The translations under genes and the position numbers were made by a program. A stretch of DNA of 64,000 nucleotides, from the NCBI GenBank assembly GCA_002633005.1, contig NMRA01000309.1, positions 460,125-524,124 on the forward strand, given 5' to 3'. Origin of the DNA: Phoronis australis (lineage: Eukaryota; Animalia; Phoronida). Below, in pieces: positions 1 to 13,465 of this stretch (position 1 is the stretch's first letter; every line of letters starts with the position of its first letter). Under the pieces are notes generated by a model, which made no database searches, had not been told where the DNA came from, and saw nothing but the letters and a program-made list of their open reading frames with translations.

Positions 1-716
1 TAGTTTGCATTTTAGATACTAGGTGTCTCTTTACATTTTTTAAATTTCACTGTTTACAATTAATCTACAATAGTAAAACATGTAATGTGAGTGTAATATT
101 GTTCAATACAATGGCACTGATGGGACCATATTACTTGTTTTACAGAAAAGTCACCAAAACTGTTTTTACAAATATAAGTTTGCTAAGCTCTTTGGTGATT
201 ATTAGGTAATTTCAAACTCAAAGTTCTCAAAAATGTGCAACTTTATATGTGGGAACTCTGCAGATTTTGAAAACACTCTAATAAATGAATTAAAAAACAC
301 CAAAATAAAATTGCCCCCCTAAAGTACTCACAAAAACCATTTTCTAGAGGCCCTACAAATTCTGGCCCACCGACTATAATGATAAATATTATAACCGCCC
401 GGCCGGATTGGCTCTAGAGAGAACGGTGCTAAGCGTCTACCACCAGTATAATGTAGAAATATGTAAACCGTTACCACCTCCAGTCATTCTGTAATAACCA
501 CCTGTGAAACATAACGGAACGTCACCCTCGCAGTTGGTTTTGCCATTTGTGGTTTACATACTAAAACTAGTGATTGGGGCCTCTTGCATGTAAAAACAGG
601 GATTTACACGAGCTGGCAATATCTGTGTAAAACCTTGAAGACCGCTTTATATTCGGAATCTTCATACCGAGTGTTCAAATGTTTTCAAATCATGCAATTT
701 TCTCCTGCAAGGCTAT

Positions 717-880
717 CAGTTGAGGATTTAGAGGGGAGCCAAGGGCTCCACGGCCCTCCCTAAACCGGCACCCAGATTCCATTTGGCAGTTCGGGGGTGC
801 AAATTTCTGGCGGTCAAAATCCTGGCTAATGCTCTGCCCTGCCCCCCCCCTCCCAACTCAAAATCCTGGATCCGCCCCTG
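717..880 (+). mobile_element. Short non-autonomous DNA element (MITE family A)
   Basis: Shares the core cccagattccatttggcagttcggg...aaaatcctggatccgcccctg with copies at 6641, 8128, 9292 and 12401. CA...TG termini; flanks gctat/gctac (5-bp TSD, 4/5 match). Confidence 0.75.
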
Positions 881-1767
881 GCTACGGTCGTAGGACACTG
901 GCAGGCTTGGAATTCCATAGATTGGTTCAATTTCGCGTTGGGGTGGGCTGCTTTCGTCGATGATTTTTATTTTTTTCTCTAAGAGAAGCTCAGAAGAGTA
1001 TCTTTAGTGTTTACCTGAGCTATGATTGATTTGGTCCGATGCATTACTGTTCGAATGGTCTTTGTTGCTAATGTGTTTCAATACAAAGGTTTTGGAGTGT
1101 TGCTTTCAGGTCTAGTCATTGTCCAAAGTGTTTCATTTCAAATTCGAATGTCTTTTCCGCTCCATTTTACTTTAAAACTTCAGAATACGAAATTTATGTG
1201 AATAAAGTTATTGCCAAATGATGTTTTTAACATGAAGTTTTGTTTTTGAAACTTCAGTTTAGAGGTTTAGACTGTTTCGTTTCGAAAATCAAAATTTTCA
1301 AATTTCTGGTGGTGCGCAAAAATTAATTGAAAGGTTCTTTAAAGACTAATTGAAATTAAAATCCAATTTAATGGACTTAAAAATTTACTGTAGGAAAAGG
1401 ACCTAAAACATAAACATTTTCCTTAAGTGAGGGTCTTCTATCTTAATGAATGATCGAAACCCTTTGTGTAGTTCAAATACATTGACAAACATGATTGATG
1501 TCGTTCTACATAATCTGTTTGCAAGCAAACCTTGTTAGAACTAATCAAGTGGTCCTAAAAACAATCACTAATCCGTTGGAAACAGTGGGACCTTACTGTA
1601 TTCGTATAATACCAACTGTTTGAGGATGTTACAAGCATTACGTCCAAAAGTACATCGTGAATGTCACGCGTGCGCTGTTTTGTTTTAATTCCATTTTACG
1701 CTGTGCGCTGAGAACTGGTTTTACTTGGTGTTATAGCCACACGAAATTCGACGTGGCTTGATCAAAC

Positions 1768-2610
1768 ATGGCAAAAAAATCTTTTGGTAGTAAAACACTG
1801 GGCGAAGCACAAATGGGTCGTAAAGTCAGCATGAGTGAAGTGTCTTTGGAAACCAAGGAAAAGGTTTTCAGAGAACAACGGAAGCTACATAGGCGCCTGT
1901 CTCAAATTAATCAACAACAAATGCAGAGTAGAAAACACATGGACGCTCAACGAAAACAGCTAGAGTATGAGATGTACGGAAAGATTCTAAGGCGAACGAA
2001 GGATTTAGAAGATTTTGACAATTTGAAGGAACTGGAAAATCAAAGACGAGAAGCGAGACACACACGAAACGCTGCGTTGAGGAGTCCATTGCACACAGAA
2101 GATGTACTGAGATTGCAGGTGACGCTGAGGCCGAAAACCTCTAGTTATAATGCTATAAAAAAATCGTTAGATCGAGGGATTGGCCAAAGGACAAAAAGTT
2201 TTGTATTGCCTAGCGTAGAGGTGTGTACATCCGCTCAGATAGTGGATAGTATCATAAAAGAAAACAAACTCGATTTCATGATGAGCAACTCAGAATGCAG
2301 AAAAAAGGCCTGGAATGATTCCAGTTTGGCTCTGAAGCAATCTTTAAAGGTATTGGAAAGTTTGAGGAAAAGAGAGACAGTCGAAGCTATCGAAATTACT
2401 GAGACATCACATGCCGATACACCACGTTCTAAAATAAAAATTGACAGAAAATTAAGCGAAGGAATTAGAAAATTAAAAATGGAAGCTGACGCATTTATCA
2501 ACGCGGAAAAGGATCTTAATGGCGTCTATCCTTCGACTGAAAACCAGGGTGAAGAAAGAAAACGAAAATTGTCAACTGCAGCCGGATTACGCAAAGTAAG
2601 AATAGACTAG
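1768..2610 (+). CDS. Uncharacterised 280-aa K/R/E-rich coiled-coil protein, single coding exon (weak CCDC190-like N-terminus)
   Basis: Uninterrupted 843-bp ORF in AT-rich DNA; ATG context aaacATGG; helical segment EKVFREQRKLHRRLSQINQQQMQSRKHMDAQRKQLEYEM; AATAAA near 2807. The family resemblance is by eye only. Confidence 0.65.
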   Translation: MAKKSFGSKTLGEAQMGRKVSMSEVSLETKEKVFREQRKLHRRLSQINQQQMQSRKHMDAQRKQLEYEMYGKILRRTKDLEDFDNLKELENQRREARHTRNAALRSPLHTEDVLRLQVTLRPKTSSYNAIKKSLDRGIGQRTKSFVLPSVEVCTSAQIVDSIIKENKLDFMMSNSECRKKAWNDSSLALKQSLKVLESLRKRETVEAIEITETSHADTPRSKIKIDRKLSEGIRKLKMEADAFINAEKDLNGVYPSTENQGEERKRKLSTAAGLRKVRID

Positions 2611-2945
2611 TTCTTGTTAGACTGGTTGAACACGCAAAACAAATCGTATGAGTAACTTGCAATTCTCCTTCCTAATGTTTTCTAGCTCCACTATAAATTT
2701 CATATTGATTCTGTATCCGTAGTTATGGGGAGTGGGTGCGATGGGTGCGAAGTAGGCAAGAAAGCGTAAGGTCAGTTAATGACCATTTCACAATTACCCC
2801 CGTTGCAATAAAAAGTCATTACGGACATGGCATCTAGCTGTTTGCCGGTGACGAATCGTATTTATGGTGTTGTTTATTTTCCTCCGTCATATTAGGAATT
2901 TTATTAGCATCAAAAAGAACATTTTAAATTTTTACAAATGTAAGC

Positions 2946-3916
2946 ATCAGGTGTACCAAAAACGTTCCGAGATTCAACAGACTGTAACTTCACATGTGTG
3001 AAGACAAACGTTTCTACAATCATAGGTTTGTTATTGAAACAATAAGTATAATTACACAAAATTCGAGCTTTAAATTCACGAAAAATAAAATATCACAAAT
3101 GACTAAAGGTGAATTCATCACAGTTGCATTCAACACAATGATTTAATAATGAAAGATCTCTCAAACTTTCGCTTCCCAAGTGCTTTAAAGAACTCCCATG
3201 ACCTTTTAAACAACACTTTAACTTCACAAATGCGTCAATTATATAATAACGTGCTTCACTAAAATCTCACGTCGTCTCAAACTGGGCGTTTCTGATAATG
3301 TTTTCCACAAAACATGCCTCAGTTAATAACTGTCTTCTCTGTAGTCGTAACAAAGCAATTAACTGAGTCGACGGCAAGGCCTCACGGACAAACACAGCTT
3401 GGTGATGTTCATACATTTAGAACGTGAGTATCATGGGTGTGAAACAACATGACCACCGGACCCAAAACAGGACCACCGGTCTTACAAATGGGACTGACTC
3501 GCCATAAAACAGGACCTAGGGGGATTAACGGGTTAGAAAATGAGCCCGCTACATCTAAAAACATGACCGCCCCACAACAAAATATGGCCGCCGGGGATAG
3601 AAACACGACCACCCCATCCCTCAATTGTCATGACATGTAAAGAATTGAAAGCGAAAAGGAATAGGATGTATTGAATTGTTCAATGATATATGTATTTCCT
3701 CCATCGCAATTGCCTTTGTCGTATTTATTTTTGACCAACAGTCTTCAATTTGATGTTCTGTCAAAGCCTAATAAGTTAAGAATGCATTTTCCTAGAAGTT
3801 ATAAAAATAAACCCAATTTTATTTGTAGAAGTTTCAAAAGCACACGATCAAAGTTCAAAAGCGTTGGTGGAACAACCCTTTAAACCTTGGAACGTTTGTG
3901 TACAGTCACCCGATAT
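2946..3916. mobile_element. Degenerate non-autonomous DNA transposon (Tc1/mariner-like MITE)
   Basis: Imperfect terminal inverted repeats: atcaggtgtaccaaaaacgttccgag at the left and cttggaacgtttgtgtacagtcacccgat at the right. No transposase ORF. Confidence 0.4.
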
Positions 3917-6640
3917 AACAATTTATGTGACGTAAATTCTGAGATTTCCACAAATTTTATTAAGTTCTTTCATCAAGTGTTTATAGTTAAGGTCACATAA
4001 TTGTCTTTACCAGACTATTAGTTGGTCTTAGATTTTTTGTAAAATTGAGGCAGATTTAGATTTTTAGCCCAGCCGACGCACCCTCCTCTTCAACTCAAGT
4101 GAGTATTGATACATCAAAGAATCCAAACAGTTGTTTTAAGATTTATTGTTAGAATATCAAACAAAAGCTGTTTATTGTATAGCTCACACATGTCACTCAC
4201 TCTTGACTGGTGGCTGTTCCTCGGCAACTAATATTGCCTTATGATGACAATAATTTGGGGATTAGTAGGCGATTAGGAAGTGTAAATTTAGGAGCGCTGA
4301 CGACGAACTGAGCCTATGTAAAAGCAACCAGCAGAACTGATGCATTAAAAAAATCAGGTGAAAAGAGTTGGTTTCTAGAAATTCCCACTGCTTTTCAGCA
4401 TTTTCCTATATTATATATAAATATATATGTATGTATGTACGAATGTTTATATGTATTTGTGTATGTATATGTGTATGTATATATAGTTAACAGATGTGGC
4501 ATTACCCAAAAAGTTGCACTTTCATTTAATGCAACACGAAGGATAAAATATTTGTCCAAGTAGTACATTGTCCAAATATGGTGGTGAAGAGGCATATTTA
4601 ATAATGAAAATATTACTGGTGGTTCAAATCTTCATCGATACTAGAAGAGGATTACTTTTGCCCACACTGATGTCATCGACCAGTTCATGCAACACCCGGT
4701 TTGCCATAATTTTTTTATTTATATAATTTTATACACTGGGTACTTCATCATGATTTCTTGAAAAGGTTTCCGGCATATATCATTATCTTGAAAACTCTTT
4801 GAAAATTTGTTAGTTTTACCAAACCATCGTTCTTTCAAACGAGTCAGTCTCCAATTGCAAAGAAGCTCATAGGATTCTTTCAACTACAAAATTTTGCTGT
4901 ATGAAAGCTCACTATTATTTGAATAAACATGCGGTAATCCCGAATGCTTATTGTTACTTCCATCGCACTAAATAGTAAAATTAGAATTCTCGCACATTTC
5001 AGGTCTCAGTGGCAAGCACGGCTCAAAGTTCTTCACAGTGGAACGAGAAAAACGAATTCTCCAATTACGGCGCAAACACGCCATTCGACACCTATGATGT
5101 AAAGTCACGTGGCAAATCTCTTCGCCTCCGTCAGCAAATTTTTGCCAACAACAAGAAGTCGCTAATGCGAGCCACAGCACGTGCAATTATCTTCACACTG
5201 CCTTCGCGCAATAAGAAAAAAACACGCTCTCTTCAACATGGCGAGAAAGGCTTACAAACGGCTCATACGGTCATGCAAAACACAGCCCATCTACAAGAAC
5301 TGTCCTCATTGTCGCAGCCTGGAAATCTTGAAAGTTCTTTAAACATCCGCAAATGGATGTGTGAATAATTGACAAATTTGAAATTATGTCGAACAGGAAA
5401 TAGTCACTGCGAATAAACATCAGCGTTTTCAAGAAAAAATAGAGATGTATTGGTTGGAAGAAGTAAATGCCCGTTCAAGGAAAGTAATTCAGTTCATGGT
5501 CAGTTGAGGCTTTTCAATTGAAATTGTACTTCGATGCTGTTTAGCTGTCACTTTGGGGTTTAAAAACATTAACACGCTTATCGGATCTTAAATTGTTGGC
5601 GAACATGTCGGCAACTCAAGCAACAATTGATTCCATCACGGGTTCACCCTCCTAAGTTCTTCCGCAAACATAAAATGTTGTACGATTTCACAAAAACAGA
5701 GAGGCAATGATTCCATCGTCTGGCCTAATCCGTGAGTGACCGGGATGTAAATAAAATCAGGACAAGGATAGTCAAGGATATCATCATAGGGTCCCATCCA
5801 AGAACTGGGAATTATATCAAATGCTATACCATTAAAATCAGGAAAAGAAAACAACGCGATTCCATTGTCCATTGTCAGAGAGGAGATCCTGTTTTGCATT
5901 CCCACAAAAATTGTCTTCCGAATCAATTGCTCTAGCAAGTCTGTGCATGACAAAATTTTTCGAAGTTCTTGTCGTAGAATGTGTTATTGTATTTTAGCAT
6001 CTATTGATTTAGTCATCGTATTACACAAAGTTCACTTGCTGTTTACTGCCGTTTTCTCAGACAAGGGGATTTAATGCTTCCCAGAACTGTTTGTGAACAT
6101 ATAGTGCATTCCTTATTTTTACATGTTATTGGATTGGCTACTTCTTGTATATCTAGGCCTTCTCTGTATAATCCTTTCATTTGTATCTCATTCAGTAGCT
6201 ATAGTCATTACCATCATGTAACGTTTGCTATCTTCAATATACTACTCAAGACACGTCTCTTCTTGGTTTCCAACGAACCACCTCCGCGTACGCCACCAAT
6301 GTATCAATAGGCTACTTCCACATTTTCAAGTGAGCACAAACAAAATATATTTTTAAATAACGGACCTCTCTTAACCAAATTGTCCTGCGGGCCCAGCACT
6401 ACTAGTAGACAAACTTTAGAGAGGAAAGACGTAAGGTATGTTTTTTCATTTTCCCTTGGCGTCATGATTTTAACAACGCTGGTTCCCCGCGTGTCCGCTA
6501 CGGGGTAGATAACACGCAGGTATCAGGCAGCAGCAAGCGTTTTATCACTGGTTGATGTAACCTCGGCAGTCATTGGTTAGTTTCACAACAAAGAAAGAAA
6601 GTGACGGACTATGAACGATTTTTAGGCTTGTCATGCAAGT

Positions 6641-6804
6641 CAGTGGCGGGTTTAGAGGGGGGCCACGGGGGCCATGCTCCCCCAAAAAATATCCCAGATT
6701 CCATTTGGCAGTTCGGGAATGCGAATGCCTGAGGGGCAAAATCCTGACTAATAGTCTGCCCTGCCCCCCCCCCCCCCCAACTCAAAATCCTGGATCCGCC
6801 CATG
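6641..6804 (+). mobile_element. MITE family A copy
   Basis: cagtggcgggtttagaggggg...aaaatcctggatccgcccatg, flanked by a perfect 5-bp TSD CAAGT (6636-6640 / 6805-6809). Confidence 0.8.
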
Positions 6805-7105
6805 CAAGTGGCGTTAAAACAGACATATTTCGTTTCTGCAGTAATATTTAATAGCTGCGCCGGTTCTTGAGCACATACATGTACAAAAAATACACATCTG
6901 GCCAATCTAACCGTTGTGGTATTCATACTGTGTGAATACAGGACAGCAACGCAAACGAGTCAGCGACTGTAGCAAAATGCTCTAGGAAAAGGCATAACCA
7001 CAATTTTATGATTCACATTTCTTGAGCATGAATTTACTCGTTGTCCATCGTCATGCCAGTTTGTTTACGTAAAGCGTTATCTGTTGAGGACCGGCCAATC
7101 AGAAG

Positions 7106-7342
7106 CATGCGCGCACCAAGGGGGGGGGGTCGGGGGGCTCGACCCCCCCCCCACTTGGCGAAGTGGGCAAAAAGGTCCGCCCGAGAAAATGAGACAGTCC
7201 ACTAAACAAGCACAAATGCGCAATTCACATTGGTGCGCCCGTTTTTTTGTGTTTTTTTTAGTCCGCCGGCTATTTTGTTACCAAAAGGTCCACAACGATA
7301 GGAATTCGAGACCCTCCATATTGAAGGCTGGGTGCTCGCATG
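7106..7342. mobile_element. MITE (family B) with CATG termini and 5-bp TSD
   Basis: TIRs catgcgcgcacc / ggtgctcgcatg; perfect TSD AGAAG (7101-7105 / 7343-7347); internal G9...C9 hairpin. Confidence 0.7.
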
Positions 7343-8127
7343 AGAAGCGCCATGTAATAAAACTTCCCGAAGAAAATTAAATGATAAATGCGTACACTCG
7401 CCTCTACCAGCCTCTTACCGCCTCTAACCGCCTTCTACAAACCTTTACCCGCCTCTAAACGCATCTAACACTCAAGAGGCCCATTCTACAAAATAGTTAC
7501 GCATTACCCCCTGTTTGCAGGTATTCAAACGTTTTTTCACAATTACCTCATTCAAGGGCTTGCAGGTTTCACTTTACAGGACTTGGAATGACCAACTACA
7601 ACTATAGGAAAAACTTCCACGTGATCTGGTGATGTATTGTTCCACAAAATAATGAATAGGCTTGTGTGATAGAAATATTTCTTGTGTAGTAAAATTTAAC
7701 TGAAATAAACATTTTTGCATGAACAAAGTCAAAATAATGATGGAAATCAAATAAGAGGAAATCAAACCATAAATATGTAATCCTCTTAAAAGAAAATTCC
7801 GAGCCCTGGGTCCTGGCTTTAAGGCCACGCCCCTCAGCTTCACGTATAGGTGCAGGCGATTATCCATGGGCAGAACAGCTGCGATAAATGTGGGGCTATA
7901 GCACCCCTGTGGTGCACCGCTCATAGCCCATGGGTGGTGCAACTCTGAAAAAAGTGGGTGCTATAGCCAACTTAGCCCCCTATGGTGCGCCGCCCATGTT
8001 TCTCCTTAAGTGAACATGCATGAGCATTTGTCTGTTTGTTGGGACCCTTGTTACATCCTTTGTAACAAATATCAATGTTTAGGTCAACCATTTTCAACAA
8101 GTGGGTTTACCATTTTTATGAGATAAG

Positions 8128-8243
8128 CAGGGGCGGATCCAGGATGTTGAGTTAGGGGGCAGGGTAGAGTATTAGCCAGGATTTTGCCCGAACTGCCAAA
8201 TGGAATTTTTGGGGGGCATGGCCCCCCTCTACATCCTCTATTG
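8128..8243 (-). mobile_element. MITE family A copy, internally deleted
   Basis: caggggcggatccagga...ccgaactgccaaatggaat...ggcccccctcta is the reverse complement of the family A core. TSD not recognisable. Confidence 0.7.
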
Positions 8244-9291
8244 AAGGAAATGTAGTTTAAAAAATCTTTGATAAACAATTTAGTGGATCTGGTCTTGACG
8301 CCGGGTTTCGGTGAAAGGGTCACTTTTTGTCAAAGAAACCAATTAACTTTTGGTTTAAATCGCATACCGCTGAAACTAGTCTCAAAGTGTTCCGCTACTC
8401 AGCAGAAGTGGTTTTTGGACCACGAAAGATCTGATTGACAGACGAGTTTGTAATTGCCAGAGACCATGGTCGGCGCATATGTTGATCTGCCGTGACAACT
8501 AAAGCCGACTTCTTGAGCTATCTGTTCTCAGCCACAATATATGAAATGTAAGTTCTTTCCAAGAACAAAAATAACTTTTATGTGAGACAACTGCAAGAAC
8601 CGTAAATAGACCTATGTTCTTTTTGGAAGGCGAGTTTATAGCAGGACTAATGAGTTTGAAACTCTGTCATTATTTAAAATTTGATAATTGATGGGAAGTA
8701 CATGTCAAAAATACAATTTCAAGAATTTTAGTCCATGACATTATAATTTTGCCCGCAAATTTTCTTGAATGTTCTTATCGTCGAAAAATGGCGTAAACAA
8801 TTGTCATTTAGAAAAATTAAAAAGATTTCGTTGATCATCGAGAGCGTCACATAATTGTTACAGGGATATGGTTCAGATCCAACCCTCCAGCTGAGTTAAT
8901 GAGAAAAGCTGCTAATCAACTGACTCCAAGAAAAACACGCACGTCACAAAAAGTAAAAACGTCAGCATTTGGTGTTTTCAGCGATTAAAGAGAGGGCTCG
9001 TGTGCGGATCTTCGAATGCGGTGTCCTTGGCGCAATAAGTCGTCTGTGAGGAAGTGCTTTTCACTAAAGAGCCAGTGTATGACCATTCACAAACAGCTCC
9101 ACATGTGTTGAGTACATGTACATTATAATTGTTTGCCACAGTAAATCGGAAGGTTCAAACAGGTTTCGGGATGGTATAAACCAGGGTCATGTACTAGACT
9201 CGATTTGGCCTTGGAGGAAGTGACTAGTCCACATAGTGGCTTAAAATTTTGCGGACGGTGTAGTCTAATCATGGGTGTTATCCACACAATA

Positions 9292-9448
9292 CAGAGGCAG
9301 ATTTAGAGGGGGCCAACGGGGCACGCACCACCTAAAACTCTCCCAGATTCCATTTGGCAGTTAGGGGGTGCGAATGTCTGACTGGAAAAATCCTTGCTCA
9401 ATACTCTGCCCTGGCCCCCTCAAACTAAAAATCCTGGATACGCCCTTG
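9292..9448 (+). mobile_element. MITE family A copy
   Basis: Family A core sequence; perfect 5-bp TSD CAATA (9287-9291 / 9449-9453). Confidence 0.8.
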
Positions 9449-9489
9449 CAATAGGCCTTTTGAAATTGGCATGCGAATTCGCTGGTGAT

Positions 9490-10846
9490 GGAAATAGTGA
9501 GGAGATATTGCTGAAATCAGACAGCAAACTCGTTCAAAATGACGACTTTGAAGACGCCACAATGTCAAATTTCAACGAGTCGACTGAGAAGTCTACGGAG
9601 GAAATGTGTCCACGGAAAAGGATGAAATGGGGAAATAAAGTGTCCAAGAGAAGACGGGTTTGCAAAATGTAAAAAAGGAGACAACTGGTAACCCGGATGA
9701 CGAAGAGCAGCAGAGGCAGCAGGAGTTACTGTCAAGTCATAATCCAAATTTTACAGTTCCTGAAGCAGGGTCTACATCCGAGGTTAAACGTATCAAAACA
9801 GAAAATGCTGAAGATACTCCTGCGAAAAACGACGAAATGTGTGATATCCTAGAGTTGCCTCACGGCGCAAGTTCTTCTCTTAACATGGATGCTTCAGAAA
9901 GCATACGTCGTACCTCTGCAGGTATGGAGGATAATGGAGAGAGAGAGAGAGAAGTCGTGAAATTGGATGACGGAAACAAACTAGCCGACATTGAATATCA
10001 GGAAGTCAGTCAACCGTCATCCATAGTGTTCGCTGAAGATGCTGGTACTAGAAAAAAGTCCCTAGATCAGAAAGTAAAACCTTTGAAAGTGACAACTTGG
10101 AAGACGCTACATTGTCTGAATTCACCGAGTCGACTGAATCGACAGAATCCCCTATCATCCGGAAGACACAGTACACTCAAAACTTTGCAGCTGAGACTCT
10201 GTGCATCAAATCAATTGCGGGTATACGTCCAGAAGCTGAAAATATGCATAGTTTCGCACAGTTGCCTCAATATGCTATTTCTTCTCTAGGCAATGACCAT
10301 CGCCTCTGTTGGTCGGGCCAACATGAGAGGCGATGGTCATTGCCCATTTTCTTCTCTTGCTACAATTCTTTTAGTCACAAATCACCAAGCCAAGATCGAA
10401 CCGGGGAGAGTTGAGAATGTTCATCTTCATTTTGACACCCCGTCTCCTGTTGCAACATCGTCTCAGTGTGATTTCAACCTTTGCTACGTGAGATAATTCA
10501 GTGGACACTGAACGCAAGAAGAAAAGCAAAACAAAATTGCAAAGTAGCAACAATTCAATCACCACCGAGGACATTCGCCCAGAAGATGCCAAGAAGTATG
10601 GTTTCGCATATGTGCCTAATTGATGACCTTTCTGTTTCAGAGGACGGAGATTTTACGGATAAACGAAGTATTTTGAAACGTGAGGGACTTCTCAAACGTT
10701 TGAAATCACGATTCAGGCGAAACAGTCACGTGGGCATGGAATCTACAACTTCCTCTTTCCAGGCGCAAAGTTTCGCTTCACGATGGTGGCATTTGATGTG
10801 TTGCGCATGTGCAGATCAGAACAACTATGCCATATTCCATAACTGA
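9490..10846 (+). pseudogene. Probable decayed intronless gene for an acidic, low-complexity protein
   Basis: Chain of overlapping + strand ORFs in shifting frames (9394-9672, 9660-10289, 10097-10414, 10293-10496, 10481-10846). Internal peptide repeat DDFEDATMSNFNESTE / DNLEDATLSEFTESTE lies in two different frames. One frameshift is explained by the insertion at 10287-10347. Start position approximate. Confidence 0.5.
10287..10347. mobile_element. 61-bp palindromic mini-derivative of the Mutator-like MITE at 32495-33466
   Basis: taggcaatgaccatcgcctctgttgg...gggccaacatgagaggcgatggtcattgcc matches both termini of the 972-bp element; 9-bp TSD TTTCTTCTC (10278-10286 / 10348-10356). Confidence 0.85.
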
Positions 10847-11843
10847 CGGACTTAATTATAAGCTCAATTTGGAGAAGTTCACACTTTTAAATAACACTAA
10901 TGCTTGTTATAAAATGCGCAGCACCTGCATTGTGTTTTGCAATAATTATCTCTTGTGGGTACATACACTGAATGTAATTGCATGACGAAAGCCAAAATAA
11001 AATGAAGGTGCAGTTGTAAAGTTTGTATTAATTGGTGCTGAAGTTGAAAGTTGAGTTACTTGTTTTTCCCACTCATTAGTTCGAGAGATTTCCTTCTTAT
11101 ATACTTTATACTAAGATTGGTATCATAAGTCAGGTTACTCGGTCTTCTAGACACATGCCAGGGTGGAAAGCGTTCAGCCAAGGCAAATTATTTGGCTTTT
11201 TGAACCAGTAAAATGCCGGGATGCCAAAACGTTCCGTTTTCAGGAGCATGCATAAGGTCGTGACAGAGTGTAGCCACCACGTAACACTGCACTAACTCGG
11301 GGCAGTTGGAATATCTGATCACATCCAAATTCCAATCAACGCATTTTCACTATGGGCCCTGATTTAACTATCGTGTTAACTTTAAATTTTGTCCACACGG
11401 TATAAGCGGAGAACAATCTATTGAAACCGTGCCCACTTTTATTTCCGAAATTCCTCACATTCCATAACTGCTATTTTGCTTCACTGCATGCGAACGGAAG
11501 ACATTTAAACTTCTTTTACAGTTCAGTGCAACCTAATTACCCGACCGAGTTGAAGCCAGTTTATTAGTTATCATTTTCTCCTTTGCATTGTTTATGTACT
11601 GTAATAAAGCAGCTTTGAAGTATCTTACAAAGAAGGCTCAACCGACCTTATCAAACTGATGGCATTTTGGGAGTGGTTTGCCCAAGGTTTGGATGGCATC
11701 ATGGTACGAAAAAGCTTGTATGCAGATTTATAAGCTCAGCCGCGTGGCACACTATATCGGATAGCAACTAGGCAGATCGTACATTCCATTCATTATCTGA
11801 ATACTGAAAGCTTTTCATGTGAACGCTAATGTCTAACAATCTG

Positions 11844-11993
11844 GGCCCATTTGCATAAAAGTTATACGCCGTATAGCAACAATGACGTAGCATTATCACG
11901 CGTCACGTTGTTATTGTTGAACAATGCACCTGACGTCATGCAACAATTAAACTTATCCAGCGGATAACTTTTAAAGCTTTATGCAACTCAGCC
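11844..11993. mobile_element. PIF/Harbinger-like MITE
   Basis: Imperfect TIRs ggcccatttgcataaaag / gctttatgcaactcagcc; 3-bp TSD CTG on both sides. Confidence 0.6.
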
Positions 11994-12400
11994 CTGATGT
12001 TTTCTTATAGTCAGATGGACTTTTTCTGGCCAAGGACCAATCGCAGCTGTGGCATGTGCAACACATCCTTGTTTGGTTTGATTTCACACAACCACTAATT
12101 AATTACTACACATTTTACACCCCCATATAATGTGCCCATCAGAAACACCTCTCACTTTCTTGACCTACCACAGTCGACTGGTGTGTTGACATCATCTTTG
12201 TGACCACCACATTATCAGCTCACTACAGCCACAAACTGAATAGCTGATCGCCTGCAGGGACAGTCATGCTCAAGCAACGTCACCAATTAGAAGCATCGCC
12301 GACGTTAGGCATGTGTCGATTGATAACGCGATTACTAACCAAAACAATCCTGTCAGGTAAACCACCCTTCGAACACAACACATTGAAAAGTGGCGTAGAT

Positions 12401-12547
12401 CAGGGGCGGATACAGGATTTTGAGTTGGGGGGACAGGGCAGAGTATTAGCCAGTATTTTGCCCGTCAGGCAATCGCACCCCCGAACTGCCAAATGTAATC
12501 TGGGAGAACTTTAGGGGGGTCATGGCCCCCCTCTAAATCCGCCACTG
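12401..12547 (-). mobile_element. MITE family A copy
   Basis: TIRs caggggcggat / atccgccactg; family A core in reverse orientation. Confidence 0.75.
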
Positions 12548-13465
12548 ATAAGTGTCTCTCACATACTTATAAAATTAGTCGACTGATTCAAATTTGCGAG
12601 TTTCACATGCAGGGATGTGCCCCTCATTTCAGAAAAGGCACATGGTCAGCCATTCAATACAAGAGCATAGGCTACCCTAACCCACACATACATTTGTCCC
12701 CACATCTTAGGAAATGTAAGGGCAAGGATAGAGATGTCAATGCACTGCCTGTCACCAACACCAAAATTACCTGAATTACACAAAAATATAAGGCGGAAAT
12801 ATAAAAAAAAACAAGAATTTATTTGCCATTTAAGAAAGGAACAGTATTTTGTAAATTCCAGTTTTTAGGCACAGAAAAAAACACCCTAAGCTATAACTTA
12901 GTGGAACTGCAAGTAGGAGTCTATAAAATTACAAAAGGCACTACAATGAACTTGGTGATTCGTAGTCTCCCGCGATTGCATTGGGTAACACAGTCAATAA
13001 ACCATATATATGATGCAAGGATAATATATCACTTCAGCTTATAACAACTAGAGATGTCACAAATACAGAAACAAATCAACCACTGGCATACCACATACTT
13101 GGTAATCGTAATTGGCCAATACTACTAGAAGACCACACTAGTGGTAAAACTGCAGCTGTCGTTTCCTTGTTTTGTAGATCTCTGCGACTATTTGATGCAT
13201 CATTCTCAGACATAGTTATTAAGACATAGTGACCTTGATGCCAAATCCATTTATGCACAATTCCTTGAGGCACCATTCTCAGACAAAGTTGAACTAAGAT
13301 AAAATTCTAGATCATTCAAGTGCACTGGAATCAGTCACCAGTTCTAGAATTGCAGATTCCATGGTTATATTCAGGAGACACTATCAGTAACACAGATTAG
13401 TGGCGGTACATCCTAATGCGCCATGTCTTGTCTTGTAAATACCAGCGGTCTGAACCTTACAGCCG

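Noticed and set aside
1-378. Right end of a Tc1-like element (…ggcccaccgactata)
   Set aside because: The partner TIR would lie outside the window, so it cannot be verified.
4600-6310. Cluster of 70-120-aa ORFs, possibly a decayed gene or transposase
   Set aside because: No recognisable motif, consistent strand or splice structure; a TBLASTX search would be needed.
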